Positions 1-9,920 of a stretch of 64,000 bases of DNA are shown here, piece by piece. The stretch is from Bacillota bacterium (GTDB lineage: Bacteria > Bacillota > DSM-16504 > Desulfitibacterales > Desulfitibacteraceae): positions 114 through 64,113 of the forward strand of contig JBFLYC010000020.1 in NCBI GenBank assembly GCA_040756735.1. The letters run 5' to 3'. The position numbers and the translations under genes were made by a program. The notes under the pieces were generated by a model that saw only the letters and a program-made list of their open reading frames with translations, did no database searches and was not told the origin of the DNA. Position 1 is the first letter of the stretch. Every line of letters begins with the position of its first letter.

Positions 1-144
1 TTTATAATTGATTAATATAAAAGGTAGCACCATTCTTATTCTGAGAATTAGCTAATTAGTCGATTACTTTTCTTGACGCTTTGTAGACGCATCAGAATTA
101 TAATTTGAGCAAGAATAAGCAAGGAGAAGGGAGAAGTAAAAACG

Positions 145-2175
145 ATGTTGAAGAACATGGACATAGAAGCTGCCATGACAATTAAGCTGGATAACCAGTT
201 GCCGGAAATGCCGGAATTCGTGCCGGGAATCAGACGGGCGCCCCATAGGGGGTTTTCCTTAAACCAAAAACAAACTGAAATTGCCCTTAAAAACGCACTG
301 CGGTATGTACCGGAAGAATTTCACGATATTGTTGCGCCGGAGTTTCTGGAAGAACTGTTGACCAGGGGGAGGATTTACGGTTATCGCTTCAGGCCGCCTG
401 GACAGATCAAGGGAAAACCGATTGATAAGTATAAGGGGAACTGTATTGAAGGAAAAGCTTTTCAGGTGATGATAGACAACAATCTGGATTTTGATGTTGC
501 ATTGTATCCTTATGAGTTGGTTACCTACGGAGAGACAGGCAAGGTCTGTCAGAACTGGATGCAGTACCGCCTTATTAAAAAGTACCTGGAAGTAATGACA
601 GACCACCAGACACTGGTAGTGGAGTCCGGCCACCCCTTGGGCCTCTTTCGCTCCAGGCCTGACAGCCCCCGGGTGATAATTACCAATGCACTGATGGTTG
701 GCATGTTTGATAATGTGAAAGATTGGAATATAGCGGAACAAATGGGTGTGGCCAACTACGGTCAGATGACTGCCGGCGGCTGGATGTATATAGGCCCTCA
801 GGGAATTGTCCACGGCACATTCAACACCCTTTTAAATGCAGGCCGCATGAAGCTGGGAATCTCCGGAGATCAGGATTTGAGAGGCATGATTTTTGTTAGT
901 TCCGGCCTGGGAGGCATGAGCGGCGCACAGGCCAAAGCCATTGAGATTGCCAATGGGGTAGGCGTTATTGCCGAGGTGGACTACTCACGGATTAAAACGA
1001 GGCATGGCCAGGGTTGGGTCAATTTGATGTCTGATAACCTGGAGGAAGTATTCAGGTGGGCAAAAGAATATGCTTTAGCTGAAAAAGCTGTTTCTATTGC
1101 TTATCATGGGAACATTGTGGATTTGCTGGAATACGCAGTGGAAAAAAATATAAAGATTGATCTTCTTTCCGACCAGACATCCTGTCATGCGGTCTATGAA
1201 GGCGGTTACTGCCCGCAGGGACTTACCTTTGAGGAAAGAACAGAAATGCTGCGCAGTGACAGGGTAAAATTCAATGCCCTGGTGGATGAATCTCTGCGCA
1301 AGCATTTTAAGCTGGTTCAGGCACTGGTGGAGCAGGGCGCCTACTTCTTTGATTACGGCAATGCTTTCTTGAAGGCTGTCTTTGATGCCGGGGTGAAGGA
1401 GGTCTCAAAAAACGGTGTAGATGAAAAAGACGGCTTTATTTTCCCCTCCTATGTGGAAGACATCATGGGCCCAGAACTGTTTGACTATGGGTACGGCCCC
1501 TTCCGCTGGGTATGTTTAAGCGGCAAACCTGAAGACCTGAGAAAGACGGACAGGGCTGCCATGGAGTGTATCGACCCCAACCGCAGGGCCCAGGATCGGG
1601 ATAATTATGTCTGGATCAGAGATGCGGAGAAAAACAAACTGGTAGTGGGGACACAGGCCAGAATCCTGTATCAGGATGCCATGGGCCGAACCAGGATTGC
1701 TTTGCGATTTAACGAGATGGTTCGTAACGGTGAGGTAGGTCCGATTATGTTAGGTCGTGATCATCACGACACCAGCGGCGCTGATTCACCTTTCAGGGAA
1801 ACAGCCAATATCAAAGACGGCAGCAATGTGATGGCTGACATGGCTACCCAGTGTTTTGCCGGCAATGCCGCACGTGGCATGAGTCTGGTGGCGCTCCATA
1901 ACGGTGGCGGAGTTGGAGTCGGCAAGGCCATTAACGGGGGGTTCGGTATGGTACTGGACGGCAGCAGACGGGTTGACAATATACTCAATTCAGCCATGCC
2001 CTGGGACGTGATGGGTGGTGTGGCCAGAAGAGCCTGGGCCCGCAATGAAAACTCCATTACAACCAGTATGGAATATAACCGCGAGAACCAGGGGACTGAT
2101 CATATTACACTACCCTACCTTCCCCGGGAGGGTTTAGTGGAGGAACTGGTAGAAAAAGTCTTTGCCAATAAATGA
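145..2175 (+). CDS. hutU: urocanate hydratase (urocanase), long ~676-aa form
   Basis: 676-aa ORF with RBS AAGGAGAAGGGAG just upstream of ATG 145. Urocanase-typical stretches: GGWMYIGPQGIVHGTFNT, SSGLGGMSGAQAKA, MLGRDHHDTSGADSPFRET, ALHNGGGVG. Confidence 0.93.
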   Translation: MLKNMDIEAAMTIKLDNQLPEMPEFVPGIRRAPHRGFSLNQKQTEIALKNALRYVPEEFHDIVAPEFLEELLTRGRIYGYRFRPPGQIKGKPIDKYKGNCIEGKAFQVMIDNNLDFDVALYPYELVTYGETGKVCQNWMQYRLIKKYLEVMTDHQTLVVESGHPLGLFRSRPDSPRVIITNALMVGMFDNVKDWNIAEQMGVANYGQMTAGGWMYIGPQGIVHGTFNTLLNAGRMKLGISGDQDLRGMIFVSSGLGGMSGAQAKAIEIANGVGVIAEVDYSRIKTRHGQGWVNLMSDNLEEVFRWAKEYALAEKAVSIAYHGNIVDLLEYAVEKNIKIDLLSDQTSCHAVYEGGYCPQGLTFEERTEMLRSDRVKFNALVDESLRKHFKLVQALVEQGAYFFDYGNAFLKAVFDAGVKEVSKNGVDEKDGFIFPSYVEDIMGPELFDYGYGPFRWVCLSGKPEDLRKTDRAAMECIDPNRRAQDRDNYVWIRDAEKNKLVVGTQARILYQDAMGRTRIALRFNEMVRNGEVGPIMLGRDHHDTSGADSPFRETANIKDGSNVMADMATQCFAGNAARGMSLVALHNGGGVGVGKAINGGFGMVLDGSRRVDNILNSAMPWDVMGGVARRAWARNENSITTSMEYNRENQGTDHITLPYLPREGLVEELVEKVFANK

Positions 2176-2218
2176 AATCAAATTGCACTCAGCTAGGAAA
2201 GTGCCCGGTCTAAATGAA

Positions 2219-2269
2219 GTGCACCCAATATGTTAGACACAAAACTAACATTTGAAGGTGCACTTTTTT
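2219..2269 (+). terminator. rho-independent terminator after hutU
   Basis: Arms GTGCACC (2219-2225) and GGTGCAC (2257-2263) with an inner ATGTTAG/CTAACAT pairing, followed by TTTTTT (2264-2269). Confidence 0.75.
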
Positions 2270-2393
2270 CATTCTTTTCGTTCAGCTGCAAGAGAATTAA
2301 ATATTTCTTTTATTTTACAGGTTCTGATTAAGAGGAATGTGGCACAGGTATCAAGAATATGTGAAGAAAAGGTTTCTAAGGAGGCAGTCGGGG

Positions 2394-5300
2394 ATGAGTC
2401 TGATTGAGGTCAAATTATTTAACACCCCTACTGTATACAAAAATAATGTAAAAGTACTGTTTCCATTCCGTAAAGCGGAAGCATTATTTTACTACATGCT
2501 CATTAACCGCCAGGCCAGCCGCGATGAACTGGTCAATTTGCTGTGGAGCGAGTTGGATGAAGAAACAGCAAAAAAAAATCTCCGCAATGCAATTTATAAA
2601 GTAAAAAAGGTGGTTCATCCAGATATTTTGCTGTCACCGAAAAAATCAGTTGTGCTGCTCAATGCCGACATTGCCATGGAAATAGATATCAATACATTTA
2701 ACAACAAGGGGCAAAAAGGGCTGCAGGCTTATACCGGCCCGTTTCTTAAAGGGTTCTTTTTGAAGGACGGGGAGAACTTTGAAAACTGGATGCTGCAGAA
2801 GCGAGCCCAGTATCAAGATCGGTATATCAAGATGCTTTATGAACAGATCGAAGCCAGGCAGGGCGATAGTCTTCCGGTAGATGAACTGGCTCTTCGCATT
2901 ATTGAAACCGATGAGTTTGATGAGAGGGCATATCGGATCCTGATGAGGCATTACGCTGATGCAGGTGTGTATAATAAAGCTATTGAGCTCTATCAGCAAT
3001 TGTCTCAAACCTTAAAAGATGAACTGGGTATACAACCGGAGGAATTGACCACTGCACTTCATTTAGAAATCATCAATGAACGAAACCAGATCAATAAAGC
3101 AACCAACACGGAAAGGGAAGCATTCTTTTTTGGACGGAGAGAGGAACTGGCCAGCTTACAAAATAGCTATAACTTGCATCATAAGAGGAGTAAAACCACT
3201 GCGGTCATGATTCTTGGCGAAGCAGGAATCGGGAAGACCAGGCTTAAGGATTTCTTTTTTAAAAACCTTGCGGTTGACTACTATTTGTTGGAATCATTTT
3301 GTTACCAGGCTGAAGAAGAGTACCCGCTCAAACCCTGGCATCCTATTTTTTCCCGCATGGTGGAGGTCATTATCAAGGAAAGCATCAATCTACCACCAGT
3401 CTGGATAGGTGGGCTGACAACGCTTTTTCCGTCTTTTGCCCGTATTCAGATGGCCAAGCCGATTGAGCAAAGAGAAACCCAGATTGCCTTTACATACCAG
3501 TCGGCCATGGAAGCCATTTTGGGTATTGTAGCTGCCATCAGCAGGGAAAAAAAGCTGATATTGGTTTTTGAAGATATGCAGTGGATGGATGACATGAGCC
3601 GTCAACTGCTTAAAAGTATACTGCTTGCCCCTGACATTAATATCTTTTTTGTCGGCACATGCAGAAACGGGTATGAAGCGAAGATTGACGGGTGGCTTAC
3701 ACCATTGGTCAAGGAAGACCGGTTGGAAAAAATCCACCTTGAACGGTTTTCCATGGTCGAAGCAAGAGATTTTGTCCGGTTGCTTCTACCAGACAGAGAA
3801 CTGGAAGAACAAGAGTTCCAAAAAATATACCATGAAACAGAAGGCAATACTTTCTTCCTTGTGGAATGTCTCAACAGTATCAAAGCCAATGGTCAGTTTG
3901 ACAAAATGTCTTCCAAAATGCTTGATATTTTACAAAGCAGATTTTTGGATGTATCCGTTGAAGGGATGAAGCTGCTGCACCTCTTGTCTATGTTTTTTCA
4001 TCGTGTTCAGGTGGATATTTTGTCTGACCTCACAGGAAAAGATGAGCTGGACCTAATGGATATCCTCAGTGAACTGGTAGGTAAAGGGTTAATCAGGGAA
4101 GTTATTGAACCCCAAAAAATCAGTGTTGAATTTACTCACCAGAAATTAAGGGAATATATTTACGTACACCAGTCCGAATTTAAAAAACGGCTTCTCCATG
4201 AGAAAGTGGCGCAGGTTTTGGAACGCAGGTTGAAAAATGATTACCGTGATATGCTTCATTATTCCAAACTGATTCACCATTTCACACATGCGGGAAACAA
4301 TGCTGCAGCGCTGCAATATCACTTAAAAAACCTCACTATCTACCTGGACTACTGTCATGAGCTGTTTCCTGAAATTATTGATGTGCCCGGTAAACCTAAG
4401 CGGACTTTCTCCATCAGTGAAGAACAATTGCAGAAATATTTCTCCGAAGTGGAAAGCATACTGCAGCGCCTTGACTGTGATGATGATGATGGCAGGATTA
4501 TTCAAGACAGGATGACCTACATGTATATGAAAGGGCGCCACTTGATCCGTCAGGGAGAATACACAACTGGTGTGCAGTTGATCAAGGATTTAATCCGAGC
4601 GGCTGAGGAACAACAAAACAGTGACTTTTTGCTGAAAGGATATTTGCAGCTTGTTTATCACTGTATACAAACCCACCGGGTTAAGGAGATGAGCGAATTC
4701 CTTCAGTATGCGCAGCAAATTAATGAGCAAAGCCCGCGTTTTGAGACCGGCGGCATATTGCTGCGGCTGACCGGACTCTGCCATATGATGTCGGGAGAGC
4801 ATCAGAATGCGGAAAGATTCTTTAGGCAGTCCATTCTCTATTTTAGCAAAGATAAGAAGACAATGGAAAAATATGCCCTGAATATAGCTGCCTGCTACAA
4901 CTATCTGGGAGAAATCCGCAGGTACGCACGGGAGTTTGACCAGGCGCTGCAATGTTATCATCAGGCGCTAAGTATCTGCAAGGATACAAAGGTCTATAAA
5001 TCATATAGTTTTTTTAACACCTGTGCCGGACAGGCAGCCATGGACATGGGAGATGATGCAGGGGCATTGTCTTATCTTACTCAGGCGATAAAATACTACG
5101 AAGAATCTGATTTGGCATGGCGCCGTTCCATTGCCGAAGCATACCTTTCCTTACTCCTGATCAAGCAGGGTCAATATGCTGCGGCATGCCAACATCTCTG
5201 TACTGCAGATATTTATGCTGCAAAAATGCAAAATCCTTACGAGTCAGGACTGGTTATGTTGGTGAAAGGCAAAATCAGGGCATTGATGGACCTGGACCAC

Positions 5301-5438
5301 GAACTGGCAGAAGTATTTAGAGACAAGATCAATAAACCGGTTCAACACTATTGTGCAGGAAGCCTGGCTATATTTAAACACATAAGCTACTGTTATGAGG
5401 TGGATGCGGTCAAGTCTTTATTTAGTGAGTACAGCTAA
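2394..5438 (+). CDS. SARP-family (wHTH + BTAD) transcriptional regulator fused to a STAND-type P-loop ATPase and C-terminal TPR-like repeats
   Basis: ORF-track start 2337 trimmed to ATG 2394 (RBS TAAGGAGG 2377-2384). N-terminal wHTH/BTAD stretches (LRNAIYKVKK; AYRILMRHYADAGVYNKAIELYQQL...ELGIQP). Walker A GEAGIGKTRL, Walker B-like LILVFEDMQWMD, and a long helical repeat C-terminus. Confidence 0.8.
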   Translation: MSLIEVKLFNTPTVYKNNVKVLFPFRKAEALFYYMLINRQASRDELVNLLWSELDEETAKKNLRNAIYKVKKVVHPDILLSPKKSVVLLNADIAMEIDINTFNNKGQKGLQAYTGPFLKGFFLKDGENFENWMLQKRAQYQDRYIKMLYEQIEARQGDSLPVDELALRIIETDEFDERAYRILMRHYADAGVYNKAIELYQQLSQTLKDELGIQPEELTTALHLEIINERNQINKATNTEREAFFFGRREELASLQNSYNLHHKRSKTTAVMILGEAGIGKTRLKDFFFKNLAVDYYLLESFCYQAEEEYPLKPWHPIFSRMVEVIIKESINLPPVWIGGLTTLFPSFARIQMAKPIEQRETQIAFTYQSAMEAILGIVAAISREKKLILVFEDMQWMDDMSRQLLKSILLAPDINIFFVGTCRNGYEAKIDGWLTPLVKEDRLEKIHLERFSMVEARDFVRLLLPDRELEEQEFQKIYHETEGNTFFLVECLNSIKANGQFDKMSSKMLDILQSRFLDVSVEGMKLLHLLSMFFHRVQVDILSDLTGKDELDLMDILSELVGKGLIREVIEPQKISVEFTHQKLREYIYVHQSEFKKRLLHEKVAQVLERRLKNDYRDMLHYSKLIHHFTHAGNNAAALQYHLKNLTIYLDYCHELFPEIIDVPGKPKRTFSISEEQLQKYFSEVESILQRLDCDDDDGRIIQDRMTYMYMKGRHLIRQGEYTTGVQLIKDLIRAAEEQQNSDFLLKGYLQLVYHCIQTHRVKEMSEFLQYAQQINEQSPRFETGGILLRLTGLCHMMSGEHQNAERFFRQSILYFSKDKKTMEKYALNIAACYNYLGEIRRYAREFDQALQCYHQALSICKDTKVYKSYSFFNTCAGQAAMDMGDDAGALSYLTQAIKYYEESDLAWRRSIAEAYLSLLLIKQGQYAAACQHLCTADIYAAKMQNPYESGLVMLVKGKIRALMDLDHELAEVFRDKINKPVQHYCAGSLAIFKHISYCYEVDAVKSLFSEYS

Positions 5439-5549
5439 ACGCATAAATTTTTCAAATCGACATTCTATTGACGAAAAACTTTTATAATACTTATAGAATG
5501 GGGGATAGGGCAAACCTTTTCTCTCAAAAAAAAAGAAGGAGGTTCGTCT

Positions 5550-6872
5550 ATGGAATTAAAAACCAATCAACAACCGCAGACCATCTTCAGTACACCCAAT
5601 ATTCTTAAGTTTCTTCTCTTTAGCGCAGTTGGTATTTTCATGTTTTTTATTCCTATCACTATTAATGCCAGAACATCTATTCCGCTGGACCACATTGTTT
5701 CAGAAATCAGGGCTAACCTGCTTTCCTATGCCAGGATATACGCCTTGATTGTGATTGTTCTGGGCGGCCTGTATCCTTTTATCAAGAAAACCTGGAACAA
5801 AACAACGGTAACCATGATTTTTTCCATTCTAAAACTGTTGGGTATTGTTATTGCATTCATGGTTTACTTTGCCGTTGGCCCAGAGTGGATGTTGGCCAAG
5901 AATATGGGTCCCTTCCTGCTCAACTCTCTGGTTGTTCCCGTAGGACTTATTGTACCTATTGGCGCAGTATTTCTGGCCTTTTTAGTCGGATATGGCTTGC
6001 TGGAATTTGTGGGCGTCATTATGAAACCTATCATGCGGCCAGTCTTTAAAACACCGGGCCGGTCGGCCATTGACGCTGTTGCATCCTTTGTAGGCAGCTA
6101 TTCCCTGGGTCTTGTAATTACCAACCGTGTTTTCCGTGAAGGCAAGTATACTGTCAGGGAAGCGTCTATTATTGCCACCGGTTTCTCCACTGTTTCGGCT
6201 ACCTTTATGATTATCGTGGCCAGGACTCTTAACCTGATGGAGATGTGGAATCTCTACTTCTGGTCAACACTGGTGATCACTTTTATTGTAACTGCTATAA
6301 CCGTGCGTATCTGGCCTTTGAGTAAAAAGTCAGATACCTATTTTGACGGTGTGGGACAGCCGGAACCCTCATTGCAGGGCAACCTGTTTCAAAACGCCTG
6401 GGCAGAAGGGTTAGCCGCCGCAGCCAAGGCACCCGGCCTTTTACAAAGTGTTCAGAGTACGTTATCCGAAGGTTTTCGCATGGCGATGAGCATTCTGCCT
6501 TCTATTATGGCTGTGGGTTTGATCGGTCTGGCATTGGCGGAATATACACCGTTATTTGATGTGTTAGGCTATATTTTCTATCCCTTTACAGCAGTGCTGC
6601 AAGTTCCGGAACCTTTTCTGGCGGCCAAAGCCATCTCCATGAGCATAGCCGAAATGTTCCTGCCGGCTCTGCTGGCAACAAACGCTCCTTTGGCTACAAA
6701 ATTTGTGGTAGGTGTGGCCTGCGTGTCTTCAGTGCTGTTCTTTTCTGCATCTATTCCCTGCATCATGGCCACCGATATCGAAATCTCCGTTACCGAAATG
6801 GTCATTATCTGGCTGGAGAGATGTATTCTCACCATACTTATTGCCGCGCCTTTAGCCATGATCTTGTTCTAA
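5550..6872 (+). CDS. YjiH-family (nucleoside-recognition/Gate domain) polytopic membrane protein, putative transporter
   Basis: 440-aa highly hydrophobic ORF with RBS AGAAGGAGG 5533-5542. Stretches typical of the YjiH/COG3314 family: MKPIMRPVFKTPGRSAIDAVASFVGSYSLG, ATGFSTVSATFMII. Confidence 0.7.
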   Translation: MELKTNQQPQTIFSTPNILKFLLFSAVGIFMFFIPITINARTSIPLDHIVSEIRANLLSYARIYALIVIVLGGLYPFIKKTWNKTTVTMIFSILKLLGIVIAFMVYFAVGPEWMLAKNMGPFLLNSLVVPVGLIVPIGAVFLAFLVGYGLLEFVGVIMKPIMRPVFKTPGRSAIDAVASFVGSYSLGLVITNRVFREGKYTVREASIIATGFSTVSATFMIIVARTLNLMEMWNLYFWSTLVITFIVTAITVRIWPLSKKSDTYFDGVGQPEPSLQGNLFQNAWAEGLAAAAKAPGLLQSVQSTLSEGFRMAMSILPSIMAVGLIGLALAEYTPLFDVLGYIFYPFTAVLQVPEPFLAAKAISMSIAEMFLPALLATNAPLATKFVVGVACVSSVLFFSASIPCIMATDIEISVTEMVIIWLERCILTILIAAPLAMILF

Positions 6873-6913
6873 GCAGCTTAGCATAATTCAATTAGCTGGT
6901 TAAGTAGGATAAT

Positions 6914-6945
6914 GAGAAAGCGCCTGCTTTATGAGGCGCTTTCTC
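6914..6945. terminator. hairpin between the convergent yjiH-like and acs genes (possible bidirectional terminator)
   Basis: Perfect 11-bp arms GAGAAAGCGCC (6914-6924) and GGCGCTTTCTC (6935-6945). The acs stop codon (6929-6931) lies in the loop. Flanking T-runs are weak. Confidence 0.5.
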
Positions 6946-8899
6946 TATTGGAAGTGGATTGTGCTTTGATGAGCTGGTCAACTATGCCCTGGTCCGCCAG
7001 GGTAGTAGTATCGCCTAATTCTCTGTTTTCTGCAATGTCTCTTAAGAGGCGGCGCATGATCTTTCCGCTTCTTGTCTTTGGCAGTTCGACAGTAAAGAAG
7101 ATATCCTCAGGTCTAGCTAGTGCACCTATCTGTTTAACCACATGCTGCTTCAGTTCAGCTGCCAGTTCATTGGTTGCAGCAAATCCTTCTTTGAGGGTCA
7201 CGAAGGCTGAAATGGCCTGACCTTTAAGATCATGTGACCTGCCGATGACAGCAGCTTCCGCAACTGAAGGATGGTCAACCAGAGCGCTTTCTACTTCCAT
7301 AGTACCGATACGATGTCCGGAGACGTTGATTACGTCGTCTACCCTTCCCATGATCCAAAAATAACCGTCTTCATCAATGCGGGCGCCGTCGCCTGTAAAA
7401 TAGGTATTTTCGAACCTGCTCCAGTACTGGAAAACGTAGCGTTCAGTATCACCATAAATATTGCGCAGCATAGCCGGCCAAGGTGACTTAAGGACAAGGA
7501 AGCCCCCTGAGCCTTTGGGAACAGGATTATTTGCAGCATCTACTACCTGTGCGTTAACCCCTGGAAAGGCAACAGTCGCTGAACCTGGTTTTAAAGAAGT
7601 AACGCCCGGCAAAGGTGCAATCATAATCATACCTGTTTCAGTTTGCCACCAGGTATCTACTATGGGACATTTTTTGCCTCCGATATGTTCATAGTACCAG
7701 GTCCAGGCTTCAGGGTTGATGGGTTCGCCAACTGTTCCTAAAAGCCTCAGAGATGACAGGTTTTTTGATTTTGGCCATTGGGGCCCCCATTTCATGAAAG
7801 CTCTAATGGCGGTTGGGGCCGTATAAAAGATGGTGACCTTATATTTTTCAATAATCTCCCAGAAACGGTCTTTTTGCGGCCAATCGGGACTTCCCTCGTA
7901 CATGACCACAGTTGCGCCGTTAGCTAAAGGACCGTAAACAATGTAGCTGTGTCCCGTAATCCAGCCGATATCAGCCGTACACCAGTAGATATCATTTTCT
8001 TTGAGGTCAAAAACCATTTTATGTGTGGCTGCTACCCCTGTCAGATAGCCGCCCGTAGTATGGACGACCCCTTTGGGTTTGCCCGTTGTTCCGCTCGTAT
8101 ATAAAATAAACAGCATATCTTCTGCATCCATTTCTTCGGGCGGGCAGCAGGGATTAGAATTTTCCATTAACTGATGCCACCAGAAGTCTCTGCCATCCTG
8201 CATGGCGGCCAGACCCTTGTCACCTATACGGTTGACTACTACAACGTGTTCTACTGAGGAAGTGCCTTCTAAAGCAGAATTTACATTGTGCTTTAAGGGA
8301 ATGATGGCTCCCCGCCGATAACCGCCGTCTGCAGTAATAACTAGTTTTGACTGGCAGTCCTTTATTCTATCCTGGAGGGCATTGGGGCTAAAGCCTCCGA
8401 AGACAACACTGTGGATAGCTCCTATTCTGGCACAAGCCAGCATGGCAATGGGCAATTCGGGTATCATGGGCATATACATGGTTACCCTGTCACCTTTTTG
8501 AATGCCAAGGTCTTTAAGGACATTGGCAAAAGAGTTAACCTCATGCGCAAGTTGATGATAGGTCAGGGTTCTTGTGTCCCCAGGTTCTCCTTCCCAGATT
8601 ATAGCAGGTTTGGTCTTTCGGGAATTATTTAGATGCCGGTCCACACAGTTATGGGCTGCATTGAGTTTTCCACCTGCAAACCATTCTGCAAAAGGGGGTT
8701 TCCAGTCTAAAATTGTATCCCACTTTTTAAACCAGTCTAATTCCCCGGCTTGTTTTGCCCAAAAAGCCAGGTAATCTCCAGCTGCTTCGCTGTAAATCTC
8801 ATTATCTTGTACATGAGCCTGGGCAGTAAAATCTGATGAAGGTTTAAATATTCTCTCTTCCTTCAAGAGAGCCTCCAGAGTTTTTTCCGATGCGTTCAT
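6929..8899 (-). CDS. acsA: acetyl-CoA synthetase (acetate--CoA ligase, AMP-forming)
   Basis: 656-aa ORF with AMP-binding signature [17 protein letters not shown]-terminal [13 protein letters not shown] (carries the Lys that is acetylated in characterised Acs enzymes), and RBS GGAAGGAG upstream. Confidence 0.95.
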   Translation of the reverse strand: MNASEKTLEALLKEERIFKPSSDFTAQAHVQDNEIYSEAAGDYLAFWAKQAGELDWFKKWDTILDWKPPFAEWFAGGKLNAAHNCVDRHLNNSRKTKPAIIWEGEPGDTRTLTYHQLAHEVNSFANVLKDLGIQKGDRVTMYMPMIPELPIAMLACARIGAIHSVVFGGFSPNALQDRIKDCQSKLVITADGGYRRGAIIPLKHNVNSALEGTSSVEHVVVVNRIGDKGLAAMQDGRDFWWHQLMENSNPCCPPEEMDAEDMLFILYTSGTTGKPKGVVHTTGGYLTGVAATHKMVFDLKENDIYWCTADIGWITGHSYIVYGPLANGATVVMYEGSPDWPQKDRFWEIIEKYKVTIFYTAPTAIRAFMKWGPQWPKSKNLSSLRLLGTVGEPINPEAWTWYYEHIGGKKCPIVDTWWQTETGMIMIAPLPGVTSLKPGSATVAFPGVNAQVVDAANNPVPKGSGGFLVLKSPWPAMLRNIYGDTERYVFQYWSRFENTYFTGDGARIDEDGYFWIMGRVDDVINVSGHRIGTMEVESALVDHPSVAEAAVIGRSHDLKGQAISAFVTLKEGFAATNELAAELKQHVVKQIGALARPEDIFFTVELPKTRSGKIMRRLLRDIAENRELGDTTTLADQGIVDQLIKAQSTSNRESAS

Positions 8900-9050
8900 T
8901 TAATGAGTCTCCTTCCATCAATAGGTTTAGTTGTGAAATAGTTTTCCTTTTATAATATAGGCAATAGCTTATTAAATAAAGCAAAATGAGGCTAAAGGCG
9001 GGTAATGCCTGCTGACAGGTCAGTTTTGCAGGATATTTGGATGACATAAA

Positions 9051-9084
9051 GAAAAACCCCTGATTTTGAAATAATCAAGGGTTT
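9051..9084 (-). terminator. rho-independent terminator after acuA (separates acuA from acs)
   Basis: On the minus-strand RNA, AACCCUUGAUU...AAUCAGGGGUU forms an 11-bp stem with one G-U pair, followed by UUUUU. Confidence 0.65.
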
Positions 9085-9110
9085 AAGCTTTTTAGTCGTT
9101 TCTCACTTTT

Positions 9111-9791
9111 TTATTCTCCTAAAATACATAACTCCTGAAATTTGTTTACTGCTTCGCTGCTGACGTTTTGCCCAATTTTTACAGAGAATATGTTGGCTGC
9201 ATGGGACATAATGTCAGGATCATCTGTGGCACATGTAACAAAACCTACAGCATTGAACAATTTCTCCATTAGACTCCGGTACTGCCATACCGTTAGCCCA
9301 GTTGTTTTTAAATCCCAGTGCCAGACGAATTCGTTGGTAATGATAATATTATCTTCAAAGCGTCCTCCGGAAAATGCCAGATGTAGAATTTTAGAGGCGA
9401 GCTTGTATTTACGCCACTGGGGGCTTACTTCAATGCTGCCTAACTCCAGGAGCTGGGGCAGGCTTTTATGACTCCATCTCTGGAATTCATCCGGTGGGTG
9501 AATTGTCATATATGCTACAATAGTATCCTGCCAGAGCGCCACAAAAACCTTCCCTGTTGGAAGAGAGGCTATATCTTCAAGGGCTTTCTTTTGTTTATAA
9601 GGGGGTCTGAAGGTTTTCAACCCATCGTCCATATTCATATTAATGAGCATTTCCCAGGGGACAGGACCCTGGATGATTACAGTACCGGCTCCAGTTTGGG
9701 CAATATCCCATTCAAAATCTGAAGGTTTTTCCTGTAGCGCTGTTTTACCCTGACTTGCTCTTTGACCACAACCGTTAACCATTTGCAACAT
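9111..9791 (-). CDS. acuA: GNAT acetyltransferase AcuA (acetylates Acs)
   Basis: Collinear by eye with B. subtilis AcuA (TFRPP..Q..AL.DIA.LP.G; ELG.IEV.P..R; WHWDLK). Start moved to ATG 9791, which has better spacing from GAGGGGG. GTG 9800 is also possible. Confidence 0.85.
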   Translation of the reverse strand: MLQMVNGCGQRASQGKTALQEKPSDFEWDIAQTGAGTVIIQGPVPWEMLINMNMDDGLKTFRPPYKQKKALEDIASLPTGKVFVALWQDTIVAYMTIHPPDEFQRWSHKSLPQLLELGSIEVSPQWRKYKLASKILHLAFSGGRFEDNIIITNEFVWHWDLKTTGLTVWQYRSLMEKLFNAVGFVTCATDDPDIMSHAANIFSVKIGQNVSSEAVNKFQELCILGE

Positions 9792-9920
9792 ACTGCTCAC
9801 CCCCTCATAGCATTTTTTTACACCGGAAATCTGAAATTCCTTCTACCTTTATTATACGTATAGGGGAATAGTTCCTCAACATGAATTATAAAAAAATATT
9901 ATATAATCGATATGACCAGA

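Noticed and set aside
259-813. Long antisense ORFs inside well-supported genes (for example 259-813, 6912-7220, 10386-10808, 52384-52767, 53934-54359, 57472-57861).
   Set aside because: They lie opposite strongly conserved coding frames, lack an RBS and have skewed composition. They are typical shadow ORFs.
2394-5438. The SARP-STAND-TPR protein, considered as an Avs/NLR-like antiphage defence gene.
   Set aside because: Its N-terminal module is a wHTH+BTAD DNA-binding domain rather than a nuclease, protease or TIR effector, and its neighbours are metabolic. A transcription-factor role is more parsimonious.
8934-8947. TGAAATAGTTTTCC upstream of acs, considered as a CcpA cre site.
   Set aside because: It lacks the central CG and the 3' half-site of the cre consensus.
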